Source: a virus
Taxonomy: Duplodnaviria > Heunggongvirae > Uroviricota > Caudoviricetes
Virus record (IMG/VR): IMGVR_UViG_2897375277_000005
Reading direction: 5' to 3' (one strand)
DNA: 35,947 nucleotides
In this document: positions 26,910-35,196 of the stretch, one piece after another
Numbering within the stretch: position 1 is the stretch's first letter
Layout: the number at the start of each line of letters is the position of its first letter
The notes under the pieces: generated by a model
Seen by the model: only the letters and a program-made list of their open reading frames with translations
Told to the model about the DNA's origin: nothing
Database searches by the model: none
Program-made: the position numbers and the translations under genes

Positions 26910-27404
26910 TCAAAACAGCCCTTTAACGGAGCTGGCCGCGCTGTTAAGGGATGATGTGACCTTATCTTTGAAGCCGGACAGCATATCACTGAACGATGAG
27001 GATTGCAGGCGCTCCCGCAAATCCTCATCACAGCGTTCAAGAGTCAGTGAAAATTCTATCTTTTTCGCCTTACCGTAGCGATCAAACTCGGAGCGGGTCG
27101 TATTCGTTTCAGTCAGTACATACATGCCGTAAATCTGTCCGACGCCATCAATCAGAGGCCAGGGGCGTCCTGTATACGCCTGCGTGGTCAGCAGCGACAG
27201 CGACACTTCGCCACCTGTGATTTCAGGATAAAGCACACCAGAAAGCACGATGCGATCATCGCCTGCCCCGATATACTGCCAGCTTGCTGAACGGTTAACG
27301 CGTTCATTTTTCACATGCCGCCAGCTTTTATTTTGCTGTAACTGCTGATGCGGCAATGTGCGCAGCTCAAAAACAAACATGCCGTAGATCATCATCATGG
27401 CCAT
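26910..27404 (-). CDS. U: tail protein (P2 U family)
   Basis: 164 aa immediately downstream (minus strand) of the tape measure; ...LSGVLYPEITGG...LIDGVGQIYGMYVLTETN...RYGKAKKIEFSL resembles P2 gpU as remembered. Confidence 0.7.
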   Translation of the reverse strand: MAMMMIYGMFVFELRTLPHQQLQQNKSWRHVKNERVNRSASWQYIGAGDDRIVLSGVLYPEITGGEVSLSLLTTQAYTGRPWPLIDGVGQIYGMYVLTETNTTRSEFDRYGKAKKIEFSLTLERCDEDLRERLQSSSFSDMLSGFKDKVTSSLNSAASSVKGLF

Positions 27405-27410
27405 GACTCC

Positions 27411-30254
27411 TCAATCTTTATCGTAAAAACTGCCACGTCCGGCACGGTCGCGTCGTTCCAATTCTGCCCTGACCATTTCACCGACCAGTTTCGCCAGTTC
27501 GCGGGGATTCTGCGTAACAACGTTATGCAGATGAACATGAATTTCACCGCCAAATCCGGAGACAACAGGCTCCCGGTTACGGGAAGTTGCAGGAACTGAT
27601 GCCACTGGCGATCGTATGGCCTCCGCCACCGGGCGGGAGCTGGCCGCAACAACAGGGACCAGCGCCGGAGGCAGAGGAGTCGGGACCACGGGTGTGATGT
27701 TGATTGCGGAAGCAGGCTTACTGACCTGCGCAATCTTCCGCTCCTGCCACTCCCCACGAACAGCAAGTGCGCGGGGCAGGTTCTTAAAGACAATATCGCC
27801 GGGGCCAATGCGTTTTTTCGTCTCATCAACCAGCTTACCTGTGTTATCAGCAATTTTGCTGAGTCTGCGTAGCGTACCGGTATTGCTGTCTGTGAGCGGT
27901 TTGTTGTCTTTGGGTTTATCACCTCCGGTGCCATTGCCATTTTCCACAGGCTTCGGCGGATTGATTTTCGCCAGGTCCCCCTGAAGCAAGGCAACCTTGT
28001 CCTGAAGAATGGCCGCACGCTGTGCGTCTTCGATTTTCTTGCGCGCCCTTTCCGCTTCATCCGGAAGGACGCCAAGTTTTTCAAGTATCCACGCCAGCGT
28101 ATCCAGTAGCATTTTTGCAGGCGTCAGAACAAGTTGTAACGCACCGCCAAGAACGTTACCGAATATCTCGCCAGCACTGGTACATTTATCCAGCGTTTCC
28201 TTGCTGGACTCCATCGGTGACAGCAGCGATTTAAACCAGTTAAACACCTGGCTGATCCCGCTTCCGATTGCGTCAAAAACAGGACCAAACCGTTCAAAGG
28301 TTTCGCGCAACGGGGCCAGCCTTTCCATAATCCCGCTGAACACCCCGGCAAAAAATGCCCTGATGGGATCCCAGTATTTCCAGATAAGAACGGCAGCTCC
28401 GGCAAGCGCAGCCACGATAAGACCAACCGGACTGAACAGCGCCCCGATAGCACCTCCCAGCAAAGAAACGGAACCCGTCACCATTCCCCATAGTGCTGGC
28501 AGGAGCCTGACAGCATTCATTGATCCGGTCAGGAGGGAAAAACCAAGACGCAGTTTTGCCAGTGGGCCAGCAAGCACACCAAGAGCAAGCGACAACGAGC
28601 CTACGGTTGCAGTCACTGCCAGCAGCGCACCGCCTGCAATCAGTAGCTGGCGCGTCAGTACAGGATGGGCCTGCGCCAGTGCCGTCACCTTTGAGACCAC
28701 CCGCGTTAGCCACTGCGTGACAGAACGCAGCGGACCGTCAATCAGATCTGCAATGCGGATGCGCAACCCTTCCCATGCACTGCCGAGTGATTTCAGATCG
28801 CCGTCAAGGTTGTTGGCCATAACCTTTGCCGTGCGCTCAGCCTCACCGCGCGCGCCTTCAAGTTCTTTTCTCAGTTTAGGTAAGGAGCCGTCACCTGCCG
28901 CATCAACGAGGGCCATAAATGATGTGAAAGCCTCTTCTCCGGCAATGTCCTTAAAGAACGATACCCGGTCAACTTCCCCGTATTTGCGGGTGGCTTTATA
29001 AAGGTCGGCCAGCAAATCCTCCATCGGGCGCATTTTGCCGTTCGCATCAGAGACGGACACGCCCAGCTCTTTCAGAGCTTCTGCCGCCGCCTTTGGCGGT
29101 GATGCCAGACGAGCCAGGCTGGCACGCATTGCCGTCCCGGCATCACTTCCCCTGATACCCATATTCGCCAGTACGCCCGCCATCGCTGCGGCCTGCTCCA
29201 GCGATATTCCCAGCTTGCCCGCCACCGGACCTGCATATTTCATGGTTTCACCCAGTGCGCGAAGGTCAGTGTTGGTACGGGTAAACGCTGCGGTAAGTGT
29301 GTCACCGACCCGGTCCATCTGGTCAGCAGAAAGGCCGAACTGCGTCAGGATATTTGAGCCAATATCCGCCGTCTCGCCGAGATCCATACCGCCAGCCGTT
29401 GCCATGCTCAGCACGCCGGGAAGCGCAGCCTGAATGGCCTGCGGAGTAAAACCAGCCATTGCAAGAAATGCCTGCCCACTGGCGGCATCGCCTGCGGTGA
29501 ACTGCGTTTCAGAGCCAAGTTTTAACGCCTGCTCACGCAGCGCCTTAAACTGCGGGCTGTTTTTGTCGATTCGCGTCAGTGCCTGAACGCGGGACATCTC
29601 TTTCCCGAACCCGATCGCAGGCTGCAAAAAACGCCCGGCAGCATAGCCGCCCGCAGCTGCCGCACCAATTGCCAGCGCACCACCTGTTTTCAGTTTTCCC
29701 GCTGTTTCCTGTACGCGCGAATACCGCTCACGCGCCCGCGTTACACGCGCAAGCGCCTGCCGTTCGCGTTCAAGCTGGTTGTTGTACTGTTCGGTGCGTC
29801 TGATGGCCTGCTGGATGGTGTTATCGCTGCCTGTCAGGGAAATGCCGTGGCGTTTCAGCTCTCCGCCAAGCTCCCGCATTTTCTGAATTTCCCGTGTGCG
29901 CGATTCATTCAGGCGTTCAAGCCGGGTGCTTAACTGCTGCATCAGCTTTTGTTGTTTTTCGCTGAGCACTGTACCCGTGCGTTGTAACTGATTAAGGGCG
30001 TTAAGCTGGCGTCGTGCTTTCACGATACCCGCATCCGCTTTACTGACAGCGTCGCGGGCGCGCTCAAATGAACGCGCCTGACGCTCGAGATTTTTGATCG
30101 CCCCCTGCGTTCGCTGGATGGAGTCACCAAACTGCCCCATCAGGCGGCGTGCGTTTTCTGCAGGTCGGGTCAGCCTGTCAACGGCGCTGAAAGCGACCCG
30201 GATATCAAGAGTCTTCATTGTCTGCATTCCCGCTGCGAAGTGCCGCCCGCTCAC
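27411..30254 (-). CDS. T: tail tape measure protein (P2 T family)
   Basis: 947 aa with long coiled-coil N-terminal region and Gly/Ala-rich hydrophobic central segments; its start overlaps E'. Confidence 0.85.
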   Translation of the reverse strand: MSGRHFAAGMQTMKTLDIRVAFSAVDRLTRPAENARRLMGQFGDSIQRTQGAIKNLERQARSFERARDAVSKADAGIVKARRQLNALNQLQRTGTVLSEKQQKLMQQLSTRLERLNESRTREIQKMRELGGELKRHGISLTGSDNTIQQAIRRTEQYNNQLERERQALARVTRARERYSRVQETAGKLKTGGALAIGAAAAGGYAAGRFLQPAIGFGKEMSRVQALTRIDKNSPQFKALREQALKLGSETQFTAGDAASGQAFLAMAGFTPQAIQAALPGVLSMATAGGMDLGETADIGSNILTQFGLSADQMDRVGDTLTAAFTRTNTDLRALGETMKYAGPVAGKLGISLEQAAAMAGVLANMGIRGSDAGTAMRASLARLASPPKAAAEALKELGVSVSDANGKMRPMEDLLADLYKATRKYGEVDRVSFFKDIAGEEAFTSFMALVDAAGDGSLPKLRKELEGARGEAERTAKVMANNLDGDLKSLGSAWEGLRIRIADLIDGPLRSVTQWLTRVVSKVTALAQAHPVLTRQLLIAGGALLAVTATVGSLSLALGVLAGPLAKLRLGFSLLTGSMNAVRLLPALWGMVTGSVSLLGGAIGALFSPVGLIVAALAGAAVLIWKYWDPIRAFFAGVFSGIMERLAPLRETFERFGPVFDAIGSGISQVFNWFKSLLSPMESSKETLDKCTSAGEIFGNVLGGALQLVLTPAKMLLDTLAWILEKLGVLPDEAERARKKIEDAQRAAILQDKVALLQGDLAKINPPKPVENGNGTGGDKPKDNKPLTDSNTGTLRRLSKIADNTGKLVDETKKRIGPGDIVFKNLPRALAVRGEWQERKIAQVSKPASAINITPVVPTPLPPALVPVVAASSRPVAEAIRSPVASVPATSRNREPVVSGFGGEIHVHLHNVVTQNPRELAKLVGEMVRAELERRDRAGRGSFYDKD

Positions 30255-30441
30255 GCCAGCTAACCACTTCGCCGGGCGTCATCATGAAGATTTCGGCGGG
30301 CGACCAGTTAAAAATAACGGCAATATCTGCCACAAAGTCTTCTATGTGCTCAAAGCACACAACCGTGATCAGGCTTCCGTCGCCTGTTCGTTCTTCCCGC
30401 CAGAGTCCGCACCGCTCAAAAAATTTACGGCAACCACACAT
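30205..30441 (-). CDS. E' frameshift extension of the tail assembly chaperone (expressed as an E+E' fusion)
   Basis: ORF in the -1 frame relative to E, beginning at the slippery site and overlapping the T start. Confidence 0.65.
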   Translation of the reverse strand: MCGCRKFFERCGLWREERTGDGSLITVVCFEHIEDFVADIAVIFNWSPAEIFMMTPGEVVSWRERAALRSGNADNEDS

Positions 30442-30734
30442 AACTGAATAAAGTCACGGGATGCCATTTTTTTGATCGTCACTTCATCCAGTCGCGGTGA
30501 TGTCACGCGTGACAGCAGCGTAAACATGGATTCCGCTTTCAGATTCAGCACATCAGACAGCGACAAATCTCGCAGAGATCCAGCCTGCTCAATAGCCCCG
30601 GTGATCTCCACATACGTGATTTTTTCGCCGCCTCGCTCAATTGGTTGGGTAAGTTTTACGCCACGCTCACTGGTTTCTTTCACAGTGTCAGCAACTACCG
30701 TGTTTTCGGTATCGATGTTTTTCGTCTCTTTCAT
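30369..30734 (-). CDS. E: tail assembly chaperone (P2 E family)
   Basis: 121 aa between tube and tape measure; slippery heptamer near its 3' end. Confidence 0.75.
   Translation of the reverse strand: MKETKNIDTENTVVADTVKETSERGVKLTQPIERGGEKITYVEITGAIEQAGSLRDLSLSDVLNLKAESMFTLLSRVTSPRLDEVTIKKMASRDFIQLCVVAVNFLSGADSGGKNEQATEA
30417..30423 (-). promoter_or_regulatory. programmed -1 ribosomal frameshift slippery heptamer T TTT TTG
   Basis: On the minus-strand mRNA the E codons AAT TTT TTG give the heptamer T-TTT-TTG; the -1 frame continues as the E' ORF. Confidence 0.65.
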
Positions 30735-30788
30735 CAGGAAACTCCTTTCAGTCAGAGGCGGCGCACTGCGCCGCCTGCATATTACTTA

Positions 30789-31301
30789 TCAGCCAAGCCC
30801 AAGCGCGGAACGGATGCGATCAGGCACGATGTCCTTGCCGTCCTTCCGGTAGATGTGGTTCAGCAGGTCGATTTCCCACAGCGGACGATCGTTAACGCTC
30901 AGCTTGTAGTAGGTGTTTTTGACAGCGTAAGTGTGTGATGTGGCTTCGCCCTGTTTGGCTTCCCCCATATCAATTTCCGTCACACGCCCGCGCATCTCGA
31001 TTTCATACAGATCACTTTCTGCATCGGTGTAGTATTCACCCGCAAAACGCAGCAACGTGCCGTCAATCGTGCCGCCATATTTAAGGAACAGCTCACGAAC
31101 TGCGCCCCCCATGACAAAACTCGCATCAAGCGCAGAATCATCAAGACCGAGGTCGATACTCACCGCCCCCATCATGCCACCGCCACGATAGCTTTCAGTT
31201 TTGCGCGTCAGTTTAGGTGGAGTGACGGACGTCACCTTACCCACTTCGTTTTCACCATTCACAAACAGCGTAAAAAAGCGAAGATGTTTTGGTACAGCCA
31301 T
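30789..31301 (-). CDS. FII: tail tube protein (P2 FII family)
   Basis: 170 aa directly downstream of the sheath gene. Confidence 0.85.
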   Translation of the reverse strand: MAVPKHLRFFTLFVNGENEVGKVTSVTPPKLTRKTESYRGGGMMGAVSIDLGLDDSALDASFVMGGAVRELFLKYGGTIDGTLLRFAGEYYTDAESDLYEIEMRGRVTEIDMGEAKQGEATSHTYAVKNTYYKLSVNDRPLWEIDLLNHIYRKDGKDIVPDRIRSALGLG

Positions 31302-32485
31302 CAGACACCTCCCAACACCGCAAATGCGGGATCAAAGTATTCATCAGTAAACGTCTGGTAAAGCTCCATATCTTCCAGCGGAGGAACGGGCGTATATTTG
31401 TAGCGAATACGCACACGCCCCTGACGTAAATCCGTGGTGCTGTTATCCACCACGTCATACCAGCACGACGCGCCAATCAGTTTCCCGGCAGTAACCAGTG
31501 AATCCAGTTTTGCCCTGATGGCACTGATAACATCCTTCACGTTCGCAGGCGTCAGTGGACTGTCGATGGTTTCAAACTGCGCTTCCGCAATTGAATCAGC
31601 CAGCACCTGTGCGGTTCGGGTATACACCTCAAAGATGTAGGCGTTCGTTTCCGGTGTGCGGTTGCCCCAGAAGCGGAACCCGTTGCGACGAATAATGGTC
31701 GTGATTTCTTTGTTGTTGAGGCTGTTGGCATCGCTGTCTTCGGCCTGTAACGACCAGAACACATGCCGGGACATCCCCAGCACATTTTTAACCGGAACGT
31801 TGGACAGCGATTTGTGCCAGCCCTGCTCATGGTCAATGTACGCACGAAGGCCGCACGCATAGGCAGGTGCGGGGAACGTTTCGTTTTTGCCACTTTTCGG
31901 GTTGTAGGCGATGAAGTCCGGCCATAAGAGCATCACCTCACGTTCGTTGAATTTCTGGCGGTAGGTAATCGCCTCAGCCATCGTGTTACAGCCGTGACAT
32001 GAGGCATACACAAACGCGCGCAGCTTACCCGCAATCACGCACAGGGATTTTGTCACCGCCTCCGTGTCCAGCTCCGGCGCGGCCAGAATACGCGGACGGT
32101 ATCCGATGCTTTCATCCTGCTCTGCAACAAGCAGCGCATACATCCCCGTATAGCTGCCGTCATCATCAGAACCACCGATAACCAGTTGATCCTGCGTCTT
32201 TTCGTCCTCTTCTTTGTGTTCAGCCACGCGAACGACGATCACCTTTGTGCTCACCTGGTCTGCGATGGCCTTAAGCGCACGATAAAGCGTCCCCGTTGTT
32301 CCGCATTTTCCCAGCACGTCATTGACGCGGGTCAGCAGTGTGGGCTTGTTCAGCGGGAACAGCTTCGCGTCCGCATCATCCGCCGTTGCCACGATACCGA
32401 TAACGCTGGAATCAACATCGTTAATCGCTGTTACCAGGTCGGTATTTTCCGTAACACGGGCACCATGAAAACGAGTTTCACTCAT
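31301..32485 (-). CDS. FI: contractile tail sheath protein (P2 FI family)
   Basis: 394 aa; first gene of the minus-strand tail operon. Confidence 0.88.
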   Translation of the reverse strand: MSETRFHGARVTENTDLVTAINDVDSSVIGIVATADDADAKLFPLNKPTLLTRVNDVLGKCGTTGTLYRALKAIADQVSTKVIVVRVAEHKEEDEKTQDQLVIGGSDDDGSYTGMYALLVAEQDESIGYRPRILAAPELDTEAVTKSLCVIAGKLRAFVYASCHGCNTMAEAITYRQKFNEREVMLLWPDFIAYNPKSGKNETFPAPAYACGLRAYIDHEQGWHKSLSNVPVKNVLGMSRHVFWSLQAEDSDANSLNNKEITTIIRRNGFRFWGNRTPETNAYIFEVYTRTAQVLADSIAEAQFETIDSPLTPANVKDVISAIRAKLDSLVTAGKLIGASCWYDVVDNSTTDLRQGRVRIRYKYTPVPPLEDMELYQTFTDEYFDPAFAVLGGV

Positions 32486-32642
32486 AGCTTCAGCCCCTTG
32501 TATCCGTTAAATGATTCGGCAACAATCATCACCCACCACGCGCGTAATCTCACCCCTGCGCCGTTCTCCCGCCACGGCGACAACAAAAAGCAGTAACCCC
32601 CTCCGCACGCACATGCGACCATGCCACACAGGGAGGGAGCAG
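32486..32642. promoter_or_regulatory. divergent late promoter region (FI leftward, D rightward), positional
   Basis: 157-bp gap between divergent FI and D; strong RBS (GGGAGGGAG) before the D start. Confidence 0.35.
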
Positions 32643-33743
32643 ATGACCGACACCACCATGCAATTGCTCAGTCAGGGCACAGACCCCGTGAAAATGCCGG
32701 ATTTTGATATTCTCGCCGAGGGGGAAACACTGTCCGGCGTGGCAGAGCGCCTGATGAGCCTGTCACTGACCGACAACCGGGGATTTGAAGCAGACCAGCT
32801 CACCATCACGCTGGATGATGCTGATGGTCAGTTGCAGTTGCCGCCACGGGGCGCTCGCCTGACGGTTCTCATTGGCTGGAAAGGCGAACCGCTGACAGAA
32901 AAAGGCACTTACATTGTTGATGAAATTGCTCATGAAGGACCGCCCGACAGACTGACCATTTCAGCCAGAAGCGCAGATTTTCGGGATGAATTTAACGTCA
33001 AGCGCGAAGTGTCCTGGCATGATGTGACCGTTGAGCGAGTGGTATCCGCCATCGCTCATCGGTACGGTCTGAAACCGCAAATCAGCGAAATGCTGATGGA
33101 TATCGAAATCGACCACGCCGACCAGACCGAAGAAAGTGACATGTCCTTCCTTACGCGCATGGCGGAAATGCTGGGCGCAATCACCACGGTAAAAAGCGGT
33201 AATCTGTTATTCATTATGCCAGGTGGTGGCGTGAACGCGCAGGGAAAACCATTGCCATCGTTTGCCATCACACGCAGCAGCGGCGATCGCCATCAGTTTC
33301 GCATTGCTGACCGCGAGGCGTATACAGGTGTACGCGCCTACTGGCTTGATCTTAATTACGGGAAAAAGAAAAAAGTCAGCGTGAAACGCCGCAAACCGAA
33401 AAAGGAGAAAAGCAGCAGCCGTGAAGGTGATTATATGGAGGGCGCGGAAGGCAATGTGTTTGTGTTACGCAAGACTTATCAGAACGAGCAGGCAGCAAGA
33501 CGCGCAGCGGCGGCAAAGTGGCAGCAGCTACAACGCGGAGCCGCATCATTCTCCATCACGCTGGCGCGTGGACGCGCAGAACTCTATCCCGAAATGCATG
33601 GCACGGTAACAGGATTTAAAAGCGAGATTGATAATCAGGACTGGATTATTGCAAAAGCCGAGCACACCATTGATAACAGCGGCTTTACCACGCAGCTTGA
33701 GCTTGAGGCAAAAATCCCGGAATGGATAGCGGAAACAGAGTGA
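32643..33743 (+). CDS. D: tail protein D (P2 late gene D family)
   Basis: Internal ATG 32643 with GGGAGGGAG RBS; 366 aa, matching P2 gpD size class; followed by ogr. Confidence 0.8.
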   Translation: MTDTTMQLLSQGTDPVKMPDFDILAEGETLSGVAERLMSLSLTDNRGFEADQLTITLDDADGQLQLPPRGARLTVLIGWKGEPLTEKGTYIVDEIAHEGPPDRLTISARSADFRDEFNVKREVSWHDVTVERVVSAIAHRYGLKPQISEMLMDIEIDHADQTEESDMSFLTRMAEMLGAITTVKSGNLLFIMPGGGVNAQGKPLPSFAITRSSGDRHQFRIADREAYTGVRAYWLDLNYGKKKKVSVKRRKPKKEKSSSREGDYMEGAEGNVFVLRKTYQNEQAARRAAAAKWQQLQRGAASFSITLARGRAELYPEMHGTVTGFKSEIDNQDWIIAKAEHTIDNSGFTTQLELEAKIPEWIAETE

Positions 33744-33785
33744 AGAACTTAGAATAGCGGCAGCACCACGTTAAGGGAGGTCGCT

Positions 33786-34046
33786 ATGTTCCGTTGTCCG
33801 CTTTGTGGCGCATCTGCCCGTATCCGCACCAGTCGTCCGGAAAATGATTCAAACACCGTGCGGCAAAAGTATTACCAGTGTAACAACCTGGAATGCGGCG
33901 TATGCTTCTCAACACTGGAAGCCTTCCATAAATTCACATCGAAACACGCCTCCGGCGTTCACTCATCAGAAGGTATCCCGTGGCATGAGCTGCCAGCTTC
34001 ACACAGGGGAAACAATCAGATGAGTTTGCCTTTACCTCAGAATTAA
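33786..34046 (+). CDS. ogr: late-gene transcriptional activator, Ogr/Delta zinc-finger family
   Basis: MFRCPLCGASARIRTSR...YYQCNNLECGVCFSTLE matches remembered P2 Ogr (MFHCPLCQHAAHARTSR...YHQCQNVNCSATFITYE). Confidence 0.85.
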   Translation: MFRCPLCGASARIRTSRPENDSNTVRQKYYQCNNLECGVCFSTLEAFHKFTSKHASGVHSSEGIPWHELPASHRGNNQMSLPLPQN

Positions 34047-34236
34047 CAGGCAGAATTGCCGGAGTAACAAAAAAGCGATAGATTACGCGCGGGTGCCTTT
34101 CGGCTGATGGTCGGAGGGAATACCCGAAGGCCAGATGTGGAAAGGCCCCGGAAAACACTTTTGTTTAACCGAGGCCCTAACCGTCTACCCTAAGCAAGTG
34201 AAAGGTTAGCGCCTCTCCGGAAAAGGAGCAAGTGCT

Positions 34237-34377
34237 ATGTCGCAAAAATCGCTTACAGCCATCACGTTCTGCGTGACGGTAATCCTCATCATCTGGATAT
34301 TGCATGGTTCGCTGTGCGAAATACGGATGAGCTTCTGGGGCGCGGAGTTTGCGGCGTTCTTACAGTGTAAGCAGTAA
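34237..34377 (+). CDS. hok: Hok/Gef-family type I toxin (46 aa)
   Basis: Translation MSQKSLTAITFCVTVILIIWILHGSLCEIRMSFWGAEFAAFLQCKQ: N-terminal TM helix, then SLCEIR and EFAAF motifs as in Hok (SLCEIR...EVAAF). AAGGAG RBS 8 nt upstream. Below the ORF-track size cut-off. Confidence 0.65.
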   Translation: MSQKSLTAITFCVTVILIIWILHGSLCEIRMSFWGAEFAAFLQCKQ

Positions 34378-34386
34378 GGAAACCGC

Positions 34387-34408
34387 GACGGGGGAGCAAT
34401 CCCCCGTC
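34387..34408 (+). other. GC hairpin 10 nt downstream of the hok-like ORF (3' stability or terminator element)
   Basis: GACGGGGG-AGCAAT-CCCCCGTC. Confidence 0.35.
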
Positions 34409-34512
34409 AATCGGTTGCCTGGGTATGGTCGAAGTGGCACCCAAATTTAAATTGAGGCCCACCAGTAAGAGTGGTGGGCTTAACGCTTATTTAAATTTGA
34501 AAGGAACTCTTT

Positions 34513-34809
34513 ATGAGTGAAATGGTATTTTGTCGCGGATGCGGCAAGGAAATACATAAAGATGCCACATCCTGCCCCAATTGTGGAGCACCTCAAAGAA
34601 CAGCAAGTTCAAAAAGCAGAATGACAGCCGCACTACTGGCTTTCTTTTTAGGTGGTCTTGGTGCACACAAATTTTATTTAGGTAAAGTGGGGCAAGGATT
34701 CCTTTACCTTATTTTTTGCTGGACATTCATTCCGGCAATCGTGGCATTTATTGAGTTTTTTATCTATCTATGCACCTCTGATGAAGACTTTGCCCGCAAA
34801 TATGGCTAA
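34513..34809 (+). CDS. zinc-ribbon plus TM2-domain membrane protein
   Basis: N-terminal CxxC...CxxC (CRGCGKEIHKDATSCPNCG) followed by two hydrophobic helices typical of TM2-domain proteins (LAFFLGGLGAHKFYLGK...). Confidence 0.6.
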   Translation: MSEMVFCRGCGKEIHKDATSCPNCGAPQRTASSKSRMTAALLAFFLGGLGAHKFYLGKVGQGFLYLIFCWTFIPAIVAFIEFFIYLCTSDEDFARKYG

Positions 34810-34835
34810 TGCCTAGTGGGCGAATCAGAATGACA

Positions 34836-34869
34836 AACCCGCAGCGTAAAAACTGCGGGTTTTCTTTTT
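34836..34869 (+). terminator. rho-independent terminator
   Basis: AACCCGCAG-CGTAAAAA-CTGCGGGTT followed by TTTTCTTTTT. Confidence 0.65.
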
Positions 34870-34998
34870 GGTGTCCTCACAAATGAGGGCACCACCCATA
34901 AGCAATAGGCATAACAGATCGATGCAATAAATCCGATCGATAAAAACGATCGATTTGTTATCATATCGGCAGCAGTAACCACACAAGAGGTGCCGCAA

Positions 34999-35196
34999 AT
35001 GACGCAAAATGTACGATGCAAAAATTGCAACAAACTACTTGCCCGCGCCTCATTTCACTACATTGAAATAAAATGTCCGCGCTGCAAAACACTTAACCAG
35101 ATAACGAGAGCCATCGAGCACCCCACACACATGAGGAGTTATGACCGTGGGGATCGCAATCCAGCACCAACCAGCACATACACCGGAACACACTAA
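34999..35196 (+). CDS. com: Com-like zinc-finger protein (Mu Com family translational activator)
   Basis: VRCKNCNKLLARASFHYIEIKCPRCK matches Mu Com (IRCKNCNKLLFKADSFDHIEIRCPRCK); AAGAGG RBS; its 3' end overlaps the methyltransferase start. Confidence 0.65.
   Translation: MTQNVRCKNCNKLLARASFHYIEIKCPRCKTLNQITRAIEHPTHMRSYDRGDRNPAPTSTYTGTH

Larger units (their letters stand above)
1..34046. mobile_element. P2-like temperate prophage, integrase end to ogr; att sites not resolvable within the window
   Basis: Full P2-type gene complement in P2-like order: int, C, cox, early genes, A, Q/P divergent from O-N-M-L-X, lysis, R-S, V-W-J-I-H-tfa, sheath/tube/E-E'/T/U, D, ogr. True boundaries unknown: attL would lie left of position 1 and attR at or right of ogr. 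Confidence 0.85.

Noticed and set aside
27395-29001. Long alternative-frame ORFs (229 aa minus, 330 aa plus) inside the tape measure gene
   Set aside because: They are nested in the T coding region with Ser/Arg/Pro-rich translations typical of out-of-frame reading of GC-rich coding DNA.
32486-32642. Ogr-binding late promoter consensus (TGT-N12-ACA) in the FI/D divergent region
   Set aside because: Only an imperfect match (TCT-N12-ACA) was found and the consensus is from memory, so no specific site is called.
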